This document shows positions 46,172 through 55,523 of a stretch of 64,000 nucleotides of DNA, piece by piece. Under the pieces are notes generated by a model. The model was not told where the DNA came from and did no database searches. It worked only from the letters and a program-made list of their open reading frames with translations. Positions within the stretch are counted from its first letter, which is position 1; each line of letters starts with the position of its first letter. Origin of the DNA: Candidatus Amesbacteria bacterium RIFCSPLOWO2_01_FULL_48_25 (lineage in GTDB: Bacteria > Patescibacteriota > Microgenomatia > CAZETR01 > Amesbacteraceae); NCBI GenBank assembly GCA_001773695.1, contig MEXN01000005.1, positions 67,687-131,686 of the forward strand. Direction: 5' to 3'. Both the position numbers and the translations under genes were made by a program.

Positions 46172-46816
46172 GTGGAAATAACTTATTTGGGACACTCAAG
46201 TTTTAGACTGAAGGGTAAGTCGGCTGTAGTGGTGACTGACCCTTATGATGAAAAATGCGGTAAGTACCCTCGTGATATTACGGCGGATATGGTGACAGTT
46301 TCGCACGATCATGGTGACCATAATGCCACGAAATTACTTAGTTCATCGTTTATTGTTCGTGGTCCTGGGGAATACGAGGTGAAAGGGGTATCTGTTGTTG
46401 GAGTACACACTTGGCATGATGATAAAAACGGAGTGGAGAGGGGGGCAAACTCGGTTTATGTAATAGAGATTGACGGACTGCGAGTGGCGCACTTGGGAGA
46501 CTTGGGACACAAGTTGGCTCAAGAGCAAATAGATGAAATGGGGCCTGTTGATGTGGTATTGGTTCCAGTGGGCGGGGTATATACCATAGATGCCAAGATT
46601 GCGGCGGAAGTGGTTCGCCAGGTGGATCCGTGGGTGGCGATTCCGATGCATTACCAGCAAGGAGGGTTAGATGCTAAGGTTTTTGGCCAGTTGGGAGGAG
46701 TGGGTGAGTTTTTGAGCGAGATGGGAAAAGGTGAGGTACAGCCGGTAGCAAAGTACGTAATAACAGTTGACAAACTTCCGTCCGAAATGCAGGTAGTTGT
46801 TTTGGAGAGGAAATAG
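46172..46816 (+). CDS. MBL-fold metallo-hydrolase
   Basis: YLGHSSF, SHDHGDH, HLGD, IPMHY. Confidence 0.93.
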   Translation: MEITYLGHSSFRLKGKSAVVVTDPYDEKCGKYPRDITADMVTVSHDHGDHNATKLLSSSFIVRGPGEYEVKGVSVVGVHTWHDDKNGVERGANSVYVIEIDGLRVAHLGDLGHKLAQEQIDEMGPVDVVLVPVGGVYTIDAKIAAEVVRQVDPWVAIPMHYQQGGLDAKVFGQLGGVGEFLSEMGKGEVQPVAKYVITVDKLPSEMQVVVLERK

Positions 46817-46831
46817 TATATTTGGGGCAAG

Positions 46832-48151
46832 ATGGCAGAATTAAAAGTGCCGCCGCATTCGATTGAGGCTGAGAAGTCGGTATTGGGGGCGTGTCTTTTG
46901 GATCGGGATGCGGTCGTAGAGGTGGTGGAGTTTTTGCGGCCGGAACACTTTTATGAGGACAAACACGGGAAGATATTTGAGTCGATAGTGGATTTATACC
47001 AGGCTCGTGAGCCAGTAGACGTGGTGTCCGTGGCGGAAACGCTGAAGAAGAAAAAGGCCTTGACGGCAGTCGGCGGGCAGGCGTATCTGACCGAACTGGT
47101 AAATAATGTGCCGACGGCGGCTCACGCCCAGCATTACGGACAACTGGTGCGGGACCATTTTACGAAGCGGCAGTTGATCTCGTCCGCTGCTCAGATTTCG
47201 GACATGTCGTTCGACGCATCTGCCGATGTGAAGCAGATTTTGGATACTGCCGAACAGAAAGTGTTTTCGCTGTCCCAGCAACATTTAAAGCAAGTGTTTG
47301 TGCCGGTTAAGGAAATTTTGTCCGAGTCATTTGATCGGCTGGACGAGCTGCATAAAACTGCTGGGGCGCTACGAGGAGTGCCGACGGGATTTTCTGATTT
47401 GGATGATACATTGGCTGGAATGCAGGATTCAAACCTTCTTATTCTGGCTGCCAGGCCAGGGGTGGGGAAGACGGCATTGGCTCTGAATATTGCTCAAAAC
47501 GCCGCATTTGGGTATAAGCAGCCGGTTGGATTTTTCTCACTTGAAATGAGCCGGGAGGAGTTGATGGATCGACTTTTGGTATCCCAGGCGGAAATTGACG
47601 CTTGGAAAATGAAAACAGGAAATTTGGAGGAAGGAGAATTTGACCGGTTGTCCCGGGCAATGGGGGAGCTATATGAGACACCGCTTTTTATAGATGATAC
47701 GCCGGGGGCGTCGATATTGGAGATGAGGACCAAGGCCAGACGACTACAGGCGGAGCACGGATTGAGGCTGGTCATTGTTGATTACTTGCAGCTAGCCCGA
47801 CCGGTTCGGAATTTGGATAATAGGGTGCAGGAAGTATCGGAAATTTCCCAGGGATTAAAAAATTTGGCTCGGGAACTCAAAGTGCCAGTACTGGCTTTGT
47901 CCCAATTGTCCAGGCAGGTGGAGTCCCGCGGGGTGAAAAGACCCCAGCTAGCTGATCTAAGGGAGTCGGGAGCGATTGAGCAGGATGCGGACGTGGTGAT
48001 GTTCATGTGGCGGGAAAACGATGAGGATTTGGAAAATATGACTTTGGATATTGCCAAACACAGAAACGGTCCACTACGCTCTCTTAAACTGCGCTTCCGT
48101 GGCGACAGGATCAAGTTTTATGGAGTGGAGGGGAAGAGGAAGGGGGAGTAA
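46832..48151 (+). CDS. dnaB: Replicative DNA helicase
   Basis: PPHSIEAE, AARPGVGKT, FSLEM, VDYLQL, LSQLSR, LRESGAIEQDAD, KHRNGP. Confidence 0.98.
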   Translation: MAELKVPPHSIEAEKSVLGACLLDRDAVVEVVEFLRPEHFYEDKHGKIFESIVDLYQAREPVDVVSVAETLKKKKALTAVGGQAYLTELVNNVPTAAHAQHYGQLVRDHFTKRQLISSAAQISDMSFDASADVKQILDTAEQKVFSLSQQHLKQVFVPVKEILSESFDRLDELHKTAGALRGVPTGFSDLDDTLAGMQDSNLLILAARPGVGKTALALNIAQNAAFGYKQPVGFFSLEMSREELMDRLLVSQAEIDAWKMKTGNLEEGEFDRLSRAMGELYETPLFIDDTPGASILEMRTKARRLQAEHGLRLVIVDYLQLARPVRNLDNRVQEVSEISQGLKNLARELKVPVLALSQLSRQVESRGVKRPQLADLRESGAIEQDADVVMFMWRENDEDLENMTLDIAKHRNGPLRSLKLRFRGDRIKFYGVEGKRKGE

Positions 48152-48864
48152 TTATTTGTCACCATTGACAGGGTATGAAAGTATGATAGTATGAAAGTAT
48201 GGATGATGTGATAGTAATGCTCCAACCCAGGGGACAGATAACGGTACCTAGGAGATTCAGGGTCAAATATGGTTTTGGTCAGGGCCCGGTAAGGGTGAGG
48301 GATGTGGGTGGTGGGGTGATGATAGAACCAGTGACGATTTTGAAATATCGAGTGAGAAGATATAGCGATCAGGAAGTGGACGAGTTTTTGAAGCTGGACG
48401 AAAAGGAAAGTCGGGAGCTGAAAAATGCGGGTATTATTTAACGCCTCGGTAATTATTGCCGGGGTTGGTTCTCCGGCCGGAGGGTCTGGGGCGGCTTTAG
48501 AATTGGCAAAGCGAGGTAAGATCGTGGGGATTGTATCTGAACTTATTGTGAATGAAGTGGTAAGTCACGCCGGAAAGGTGAAAAAGGACGAAGTGGAAAT
48601 GCAAGCGATAGTTGTGGAGACTTTTCGTGAAGTAACTCTCGCTCCGAGTAAGTCGCAGGTTGAAAAACAAGCTGTTCATGTGACGGATCCCGGGGATGCT
48701 CATATTTTGGCGACCTACATGAATGAAAAATGCGACCTGCTTATCACTTTGGACAAGAAACACCTGTTGGTTTTGCAGGGTAAGTTAAAGGGGGTGGAGA
48801 TTTTGACCCCCGGCCAGCTTATTGGGAAGTTTTATAGAGTGGAGGGGAAGAGGAAGGGGGAGTA
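48113..48864 (+). mobile_element. TA cassette flanked by 38-bp direct repeats
   Basis: AAGTTTTAT(G/A)GAGTGGAGGGGAAGAGGAAGGGGGAGTA at 48113-48150 and 48827-48864. Confidence 0.75.
48199..48441 (+). CDS. AbrB/MazE-family antitoxin
   Basis: RGQITVPRRFR; promoter TTGACA-16-TAGTAT with tandem GTATGA(A/T)A repeats. Confidence 0.85.
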   Translation: MDDVIVMLQPRGQITVPRRFRVKYGFGQGPVRVRDVGGGVMIEPVTILKYRVRRYSDQEVDEFLKLDEKESRELKNAGII

Positions 48865-48865
48865 G
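48425..48865 (+). CDS. PIN-family putative toxin
   Basis: DPGDAHIL, LITLDKKHLL, ILTPG; the first PIN Asp is replaced by Asn (VLFNAS). Confidence 0.85.
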   Translation: MRVLFNASVIIAGVGSPAGGSGAALELAKRGKIVGIVSELIVNEVVSHAGKVKKDEVEMQAIVVETFREVTLAPSKSQVEKQAVHVTDPGDAHILATYMNEKCDLLITLDKKHLLVLQGKLKGVEILTPGQLIGKFYRVEGKRKGE

Positions 48866-48950
48866 TGCCGGGGGAGGGACTCGAACCCACACGAGCGTTT
48901 CGGCTCACTGGTTTTTGAGACCAGCCTGTCTACCATTCCAGCACCCCGGC
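48866..48950 (-). tRNA. tRNA-Leu(CAA)
   Basis: Reverse complement GCCGGGG-TGCTGGAATGGTAGACA-GGCTGGT-CTCAAAA-ACCAG-long variable arm-GGGTTCGAGTCCC-TCCCCCGGCA; CCA not encoded. Confidence 0.95.
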
Positions 48951-48994
48951 CGATATTGCTTATTTTAGCTTTTGGGGCGTAAAATTGCCAGGTT

Positions 48995-49171
48995 ATGAGA
49001 GAACGAGAAGTTGTGACAAGAAGACTTGATATATTGCCCGTTGGGTTTGGGTTGGGTATAGCTTTTGTTGCTAAGGGTGAGACATGGCTGGTCAGAGTGA
49101 CTAAAAATGAGGGGGTGAGTTACATTCGGAGATTAATGAATGCGGATGCGGGAGAGGTGAAGAAAAAATGA
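48995..49171 (+). CDS. 58-aa protein (not in ORF track)
   Basis: TAAAAT before the ATG; the stop overlaps the efp start (ATGA). Confidence 0.55.
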   Translation: MREREVVTRRLDILPVGFGLGIAFVAKGETWLVRVTKNEGVSYIRRLMNADAGEVKKK

Positions 49172-49725
49172 TCGGGGTGCAGGATATTAGGAATGGGACG
49201 GCGTTTCTTTTGGATGGGCAACCATGGGTGGGCCTTAAATACGAGCACATCAAAATGGGCCGGGGGTCGGCAACGATTAAGATCAAGATGCGGAATTTGT
49301 TGACCGGGGCGATTGTGGAAAAAGCGTTTATCAATTCAGCTCGGGTAGAGGAGATTAATTTGGCGAGAAAGCCGATGCAATACCTGTACAAGGACCAGGG
49401 GTATGTATTCATGGATCCCAGAACATATGAACAGGTGGTTCTTCCGGCAGATGTGGTGGCTGAGTCGCTGGGTTATTTGAAAGAGGGAATAGTAGTCAAC
49501 GTTTTGTTTTGGGATGAGCGGGCGCTCCTGTTGGAACTACCGCCAAAAATGTCATTTACTGTCGTGGAGTGCGACCCGGGGATAAAGGGTAACTCTGTGG
49601 CCAACCTGTATAAACAAGCGCTTTTGGATAACGGGATGAGTGTGAGGGTGCCGCTTTTTATTGAGGTGGGGGACGGAGTGGTAATTGATACGCGTGATGG
49701 AAGTTATGCGGAGAGAGTGAAATAA
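49168..49725 (+). CDS. efp: Elongation factor P
   Basis: HIKMGRGSA, YLY, FMD..TYEQ, PGIKG, VPLFI..GD...IDTR.G.Y..R. Confidence 0.96.
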   Translation: MIGVQDIRNGTAFLLDGQPWVGLKYEHIKMGRGSATIKIKMRNLLTGAIVEKAFINSARVEEINLARKPMQYLYKDQGYVFMDPRTYEQVVLPADVVAESLGYLKEGIVVNVLFWDERALLLELPPKMSFTVVECDPGIKGNSVANLYKQALLDNGMSVRVPLFIEVGDGVVIDTRDGSYAERVK

Positions 49726-50402
49726 TGGATAAGTTGGCGAGTTTAACAATTGTACAGTCGATTAGTAGTGTTGCGGGGGTTTTTGCTGGGGGATTTTGGG
49801 TGTGGAAGAGGATGCGGGCAGAATATGAAAGTGAAAAAATATTGTCACTTCTGGCCAGAGTAATAGTTGGAGCGATAGTTTTTGGAGGTGTGAGCTACTT
49901 TGTGATATATAGAAATTTGGGCGTATGGGTGTGGGGGACGGTTGCTGGGGCCGGGGTAGCTGTGTATTGGTGGTGCGTGAATTCGGAGTGGGACACGTGG
50001 GAGTGGTTGGACGGGTTGACGGCAGGAGGGCTGGTAGTCGGAACTGTAGTGGCGCTGGCGGGGCTTAAGTGGCAGCAGGCGGTAGGATATGGTGTGGGAG
50101 TGGGAGTGGTGGCGGTGTTGGCCGGGGTACATCGGAGATGGCGATGGTATGTGAGTGGGAAACCCGGGTTGGTGGGTCTAATTGGCTTGATGTGGTTGGG
50201 ATTGGTGCAATTGCTGGTTGCAAACCGCAACAATGACGGTTTATACTGGGGCGGCTTTGAGCTTTCACAGTGGATCGGTTTGTGGGTAGTGGTGGCCTGC
50301 ACTGTGGTAATATATTTGCGTGGGGGACGGAGAGTTACGCAAGATGCGTATAACTTATGGCAAAAGACGAAAATAATAAAAAAAAGAAGTCATCGAGAGT
50401 GA
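49725..50402 (+). CDS. Multi-pass membrane protein, Lgt-like
   Basis: About 7 TMs, WEWLD and LSQW segments reminiscent of prolipoprotein diacylglyceryl transferase. Confidence 0.55.
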   Translation: MDKLASLTIVQSISSVAGVFAGGFWVWKRMRAEYESEKILSLLARVIVGAIVFGGVSYFVIYRNLGVWVWGTVAGAGVAVYWWCVNSEWDTWEWLDGLTAGGLVVGTVVALAGLKWQQAVGYGVGVGVVAVLAGVHRRWRWYVSGKPGLVGLIGLMWLGLVQLLVANRNNDGLYWGGFELSQWIGLWVVVACTVVIYLRGGRRVTQDAYNLWQKTKIIKKRSHRE

Positions 50403-50761
50403 TCAGATACCCTTGGGAGGTGCTGGAGCCGGTGAGGAGATATTTGGGAGAGAGGCTGGCTACGCTGGAGAAAAGAAAGAGGGCGGTTTCTGAGGCGGAT
50501 CCGTTTCGGGATAAGAGCAGACTGGATGACAACGCGGCTATTGATGCAGATGCGGCGGAACAAGTGGGGCATATGCAGGCGTCGGCCATTCGCCAAGTGC
50601 TCGACCGGAGTATTATCCAGGTAAGAAAGGCTATGTCTATGATGAAGATTGGTAAGTATGGTGTGTGTGAGAATTGCGGGAAAATGATAGACACCGACCG
50701 GTTGATGGTTATGCCGGAAACGACCTTGTGTGTGGGCTGTGAGAAAAAGAGAGAGAAATGA
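50357..50761 (+). CDS. DksA/TraR C4 zinc-finger protein
   Basis: GKYGVCENCG..I...RL...P....CVGC. Confidence 0.9.
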   Translation: MAKDENNKKKKSSRVIRYPWEVLEPVRRYLGERLATLEKRKRAVSEADPFRDKSRLDDNAAIDADAAEQVGHMQASAIRQVLDRSIIQVRKAMSMMKIGKYGVCENCGKMIDTDRLMVMPETTLCVGCEKKREK

Positions 50762-51462
50762 AGATAATTTTTGAAGATGAATGGATCTGCGTGGTGGACA
50801 AGCCGGCGGGGGTAATAGTGAATGATTCGCACACATCCGGCGATACATTACAAAGCTGGTTTGCAAAAAAAAATAAGATTGAGAGGGACGACACGGAATT
50901 TGGTTCTAAGCAAGGCGTGGTGCACCGGTTGGATAAAGACACCAGTGGAGTAATGATATTGGCCAAAACCCCAGCGGCTTACGAAAAAATGAAATATCAG
51001 TTTCTCGAGAGAAAAGTTGTGAAAGTATATTTGGCTTTGGTGCATGGGATTATGAATGAGAGAGAGGGGATTGTGAGCATGCCTGTTGTTAGGAACCCTA
51101 AAAATAAAATGAAATTCACAGTCGGAAATGATCTATCCCGGACGGCAGTCACGCAGTGGAGAGAGATTCATAGGTACAAGGGCATAGGGGAGCAGAGCTT
51201 TAGTCTGTTGGAGATAAGACCGATGACGGGAAGGACTCACCAAATTAGAGTACATCTGAAGCATTTGGGTCACCAAATCGTGGGAGATCCCATTTATGGA
51301 GGGAAACGGTATAGAGAGGATGTGGCGTGGTGTCCCAGATTGTTTTTACATGCCAAGTCCTTGGGATTTGTACATCCGGGTACTGGTGAGGAAGTTGAAT
51401 TTGAGGCGCGGATCCCTGCGGCGCTTGAGAGGGTGTTGGCAAACTTGGTACACTTGAACTAA
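50758..51462 (+). CDS. RluA-family pseudouridine synthase
   Basis: VDKPAG, VHRLDKDTSG, TGRTHQIRVH, GDPIYG, LFLHA. Confidence 0.95.
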   Translation: MKIIFEDEWICVVDKPAGVIVNDSHTSGDTLQSWFAKKNKIERDDTEFGSKQGVVHRLDKDTSGVMILAKTPAAYEKMKYQFLERKVVKVYLALVHGIMNEREGIVSMPVVRNPKNKMKFTVGNDLSRTAVTQWREIHRYKGIGEQSFSLLEIRPMTGRTHQIRVHLKHLGHQIVGDPIYGGKRYREDVAWCPRLFLHAKSLGFVHPGTGEEVEFEARIPAALERVLANLVHLN

Positions 51463-53162
51463 TGGCGTACGAATCGATAGGGGTTTTGGCGGGGGTGTTG
51501 ATACTTTCCGCAGTCGGGGGGGCGTTGGCTAGATGGATGAGACTGCCTGTTATAACTGGCTATATTTTGGTGGGGGTGATGGTGGGATGGATAGGATGGG
51601 CGGCAAATCCTGGGGTTCGAAATTTACTGGGACTGATGGGGCAAATGGGAGTGATGTTCCTGCTGTTTTTGGTGGGATTGGAGTTGCCCGTGTCTCAGGT
51701 GAAGAAGATGGGGAGAGCGGCACTTTTATCTGGAGTGGGACAGATAGCAGTAACTTCGGGTTTGGGATTCTTTTTGTCCCGCCTTTTGGGGTTTGGGATA
51801 GCAGCGGCTTTGTATTTGGGAGTAGCACTGACGTTTAGCAGCACGATAATAATAGTAAAGCTGCTTTCGGAGAAGAGGGAATTGAATAGCTTGCATGGGC
51901 GGATTGCCGTGGGATCGCTTCTGGTACAGGATTTTGTGGCCATAGGTATTTTGATTGTGCTTTCCGGGGTGGGCAGATTTGACGGTGTGGGAGTGGCGGC
52001 TTTGTTAATAAAAGGGACGGCAGCGGTAGCAATTGGTCTGGGTCTGGCTGACAAAGTTTTGCCGTGGGTGGCTCGGAAGTTGTCAACTTCGGTTGAGGTG
52101 TTGTTTATTTTTTCTATTGCCTGGTGCTTGGCTGTCGCTTGGGTGGCGGCATCCAAGTGGGTGGGTTTGTCACTTGAGATCGGAGGGTTTTTGGCGGGAT
52201 TATCGCTCGCTCATGCTGCGGCTCATTTTCAAATCACGGCCCGGATTCGTCCCCTGAGGGATTTTTTCCTGACTCTATTTTTTGTGGTACTGGGGACTCA
52301 AGTAAGTTTGGAGTCTTTGGGATCTGTTTGGTGGCCGGCTATGGTACTGGCACTTTATGTGATGGTCGGGAACCCGTTGATAATGGTGTGGGTTTTGACC
52401 GGGTTGGGCTATGGTAAACGGACTGCGTTTTTGGCCGGAATAACTATGGGTCAGATCTCGGAATTTTCCCTGGTGGTAGTGGCGGCGGCTGTCGCGGCCG
52501 GACAAGTGCCGCGGGAAGTAATAGGGGTTGTGACCGTGGTAGGGCTGGTTACGATGACGACAGGTAGTTATGTGGTGGCAAATTCCGAGAAAGTTTATAG
52601 AAGAATAAGTAAGTACTTGCCGGTTTGGCCAGGGAAGGGCAAAAAACAATCGCCTCTTGAACTTTCGGGGGAGGAGCTAGTTGGACACGCAATCCTTTTT
52701 GGCCATAGTCGAACTGGATCGAGTTTGGGCAAATCTTTGGCCACATTTGGGAGATTGGTTGTCGTTGATTTTGATCCGGTGGTGGTGGAGAAGGCCAAGA
52801 GTGAGGGGTTGGACGCGATCTTTGGGGACATGTCCGACCCGGAATTGTATGAAAGTTTGGGGTTGGATAGGGCTAGTGTGGTGGTGTCGACAGTGCCGGA
52901 TTTGAGTGATACCCTGCAACTACTTAGGGTACTGCGCCCGGAGGGAAAAAGGGGAGGGAAGAAGCAGCTGGTGATAGTGACGGCCGTTGACAGCGGGGAC
53001 GCGAAAGAGTTGTACAGGGCGGGTGCGGATTATGTGTTGGTGCCGCATAGCGTGGGCGGGGATTTTCTGGCGCAGATATTGGACCGTCACAAGCGGGATA
53101 TGGAGTACGTGGTGAACTATGGCAAGTTACATTGGAATTGGTTGGTGGCAAATGCGGTTTAG
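51462..53162 (+). CDS. CPA2 cation:proton antiporter with TrkA-N domain
   Basis: LLFLVGLE, FSST, QD, GGFLAG, QISEFS, C-terminal GD...AGADYV. Confidence 0.92.
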   Translation: MAYESIGVLAGVLILSAVGGALARWMRLPVITGYILVGVMVGWIGWAANPGVRNLLGLMGQMGVMFLLFLVGLELPVSQVKKMGRAALLSGVGQIAVTSGLGFFLSRLLGFGIAAALYLGVALTFSSTIIIVKLLSEKRELNSLHGRIAVGSLLVQDFVAIGILIVLSGVGRFDGVGVAALLIKGTAAVAIGLGLADKVLPWVARKLSTSVEVLFIFSIAWCLAVAWVAASKWVGLSLEIGGFLAGLSLAHAAAHFQITARIRPLRDFFLTLFFVVLGTQVSLESLGSVWWPAMVLALYVMVGNPLIMVWVLTGLGYGKRTAFLAGITMGQISEFSLVVVAAAVAAGQVPREVIGVVTVVGLVTMTTGSYVVANSEKVYRRISKYLPVWPGKGKKQSPLELSGEELVGHAILFGHSRTGSSLGKSLATFGRLVVVDFDPVVVEKAKSEGLDAIFGDMSDPELYESLGLDRASVVVSTVPDLSDTLQLLRVLRPEGKRGGKKQLVIVTAVDSGDAKELYRAGADYVLVPHSVGGDFLAQILDRHKRDMEYVVNYGKLHWNWLVANAV

Positions 53163-53991
53163 GAAGATTTTTGGCGGTTGGATTGTGGTGGGGGGCATTG
53201 TTTGGGCGGGGGTAACAATTGTCGCGGTAACGAGGGGTTATTTGCTTCGGAAATGGGATGGGATGAGCCGATTTACGATTGTTGATATTGGCGATGGAGA
53301 TGAAAGCAGGACAGTGGTCGAAAGTTTTGATCCAGTTTCTAGGAGGGGTGTCAAACTTATCCTGCCCGATAATATGGAAATCGATACAGTAGGAGGGCGG
53401 GGTAAGTGGAGGGTAAAAATGTTGAGTCAGGCACCGTCTTGGTTTGGGGGAAAGAAGTGGGCGGCAGATTCGGTAGCTGATTATATGGGGATAATGTATA
53501 CCGGAGAAAAGACGCTTTTGGGCTGGTGGGATAATTTGGCTTGGTGGAGATGGAGATCTAGGGTAGATTGGCGGGAGAAGGATGTAGCAGACTCGAGTTG
53601 GGTGGAAGAAGTAGTGGCGGCGGACGGAGAGAGAATGTGGCGGTTGGGATTAAATTGGGATGTTGAAGCAAGGGAATTATTTGTATCCGCGGCAATAGTG
53701 GGTGAGAAGTTGAATGTGACCGTGGTGAACACCACAATTACATCCGGTTTGGGAGGACATGCGGCCAGGTCGTTGGAGTCGGCGGGCTTGCGAGTAGGAT
53801 TGGTTAAGTCCGATGAAGATGCGGGTGGGGAGAGATGCAAGATCGTGGCGGGGGGAAATACACTTGATAGCATTGGGGCTAAAAGAATGGTTGGAAATTT
53901 TGGTTGTGGGGCGGAAGTGGGGGAGTTTGGGGAGGGGGAGGTAGAACTGAGGTTGGGTATCAATTATCAGAGATGGTGGTTGGGAATCTAG
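53152..53991 (+). CDS. Membrane protein with LytR C-terminal-like domain
   Basis: N-terminal TM; VTVVNTT..SGLG..AAR.LE..G. Confidence 0.7.
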   Translation: MRFRKIFGGWIVVGGIVWAGVTIVAVTRGYLLRKWDGMSRFTIVDIGDGDESRTVVESFDPVSRRGVKLILPDNMEIDTVGGRGKWRVKMLSQAPSWFGGKKWAADSVADYMGIMYTGEKTLLGWWDNLAWWRWRSRVDWREKDVADSSWVEEVVAADGERMWRLGLNWDVEARELFVSAAIVGEKLNVTVVNTTITSGLGGHAARSLESAGLRVGLVKSDEDAGGERCKIVAGGNTLDSIGAKRMVGNFGCGAEVGEFGEGEVELRLGINYQRWWLGI

Positions 53992-54740
53992 GACTCTTCG
54001 CGTGCGGAATCGGCGTCGAAGCGTGATTCGGTATCTTGTTCTTCCGGGGTGGAGACATCCGGTTTTTCGTCGTGAACGAGCTCTGGGGGCGTAAATGCCG
54101 CGTAGGAGAGTTTTTCACTGAGAGGGAATGAGGGAGAATGGCGGAATTTGTGGCTGCGAAAAGTCTCGCGGATGAAAATTTTGAGAGTGGGGGACGATAC
54201 GTGTTCACGAGTATCGACCGATTTGATCCAGGCGTCGTATTTGTTGCCGGCGTTAATCAGCGAGCGCAATCGGGAGGCCAAGTCGTCTGGAAGCCTACCC
54301 AGATATGCATTTTGGGAGGAGACGACGCTGACCAGGTGTCCGCGAGCGACGATTTTTACGGCGTCACCCGGATGGAGAGAGGAAATAACTTTGGGATCTC
54401 CGGGCCGGATAAGAGGAACTGTCTTGGTGACTCCGGGTTCTTCTAGGAATAAAGGGAGGACAGCTGGAGGTGGAGAAGAGCGGATAGGGGAGACTCGGGA
54501 CTTTTTTAATAGTTCGAGGTTTCTGGTGGCTATGGAGTTGAATTTGTCTAATCTGGTGACCTGTGAGTAGATATTTTTGGCTTTGGTTTTTAGTCCGAGT
54601 TCGGTGTATGCCCGGCCGAGACGGTTTAGGGAGTCGATGTCTTTCGGGTTTTGTTTTATGAGCCGAAGATTTGTGGTTACGGCTTGTTTCCAATCAGACT
54701 TTAGAGCGGCATTGATGGCGTCTTGGGGAGTATAGTCCAT
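53988..54740 (-). CDS. TPR protein with C-terminal HIRAN-like domain
   Basis: NP.DIDSLNRLGRAY.ELG...A TPR; L..GD.V......YLGRLP..LA..L. Confidence 0.75.
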   Translation of the reverse strand: MDYTPQDAINAALKSDWKQAVTTNLRLIKQNPKDIDSLNRLGRAYTELGLKTKAKNIYSQVTRLDKFNSIATRNLELLKKSRVSPIRSSPPPAVLPLFLEEPGVTKTVPLIRPGDPKVISSLHPGDAVKIVARGHLVSVVSSQNAYLGRLPDDLASRLRSLINAGNKYDAWIKSVDTREHVSSPTLKIFIRETFRSHKFRHSPSFPLSEKLSYAAFTPPELVHDEKPDVSTPEEQDTESRFDADSAREES

Positions 54741-54800
54741 ATTAAACTGTTGCAAAGTATATGGTGTGTGTGGAGGATGTCAATGGTGTAAAATTGCGCT

Positions 54801-55523
54801 ATGTCCGGTCATTCGAAATGGGCGACAATTCACCGACAAAAAGAGATAAAAGACGCGAAGAGGGGAGCAATATTTACGAAACTGGCGGCAAATATTACAG
54901 TAGCGGTTAAATCTGGGGGAGGGATTGCTGATCCGAGTCAAAACTTCAGGTTGAGGCTGGCAATTGATAAGGCCAAGCAATTTAATATGCCTAAGGAGAA
55001 TGTGAACCGGGCAATCGAGAAGGGTATGGGTGGGGTTTTGGAAAATACGTTGACAGAGGTGGTGTATGAGGGCTTTGCGCCGGGCGGGGTGGCGGTAATG
55101 ATTGAGGTTTTGACTGATAACAAGCTGCGGGCAGCCCAAGCGGTTCGGGAGGTTTTTGATAAAAACGGAGGGACGATGGGAAGCAGTGGAGCGGTAGCGT
55201 ATTTGTTTTCACAAAAGGGGGAGATAAGAATTAAGAATAAGGAGTTGAAGGATGAAGATGAGCTGAGGATAATCGATTTGGCAGTTTCTGAAATTGTGAG
55301 GGGCGAGGACGAGTGGATGATATATTGCCATCCTGACCAAACGTTTGTCATTCGCGACAGATTGGCAGGTATGGGGTGCGAAGTGGTGGGGGCCGAGCTG
55401 GTGCGGTTACCGGAGACCACGGTCTTGGTGTCAGACCCCGGAGCCAGAGTTAAAATCGAAAAAATATTGGAAATGTTGTCTGAATTGGACGATGTTCAAA
55501 AGGTTTGGACCAACTATGCGTAA
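54801..55523 (+). CDS. yebC: YebC/PmpR family protein
   Basis: MSGHSKW, YEG..PGG, TDN, DDVQ.VWTN. Confidence 0.97.
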   Translation: MSGHSKWATIHRQKEIKDAKRGAIFTKLAANITVAVKSGGGIADPSQNFRLRLAIDKAKQFNMPKENVNRAIEKGMGGVLENTLTEVVYEGFAPGGVAVMIEVLTDNKLRAAQAVREVFDKNGGTMGSSGAVAYLFSQKGEIRIKNKELKDEDELRIIDLAVSEIVRGEDEWMIYCHPDQTFVIRDRLAGMGCEVVGAELVRLPETTVLVSDPGARVKIEKILEMLSELDDVQKVWTNYA

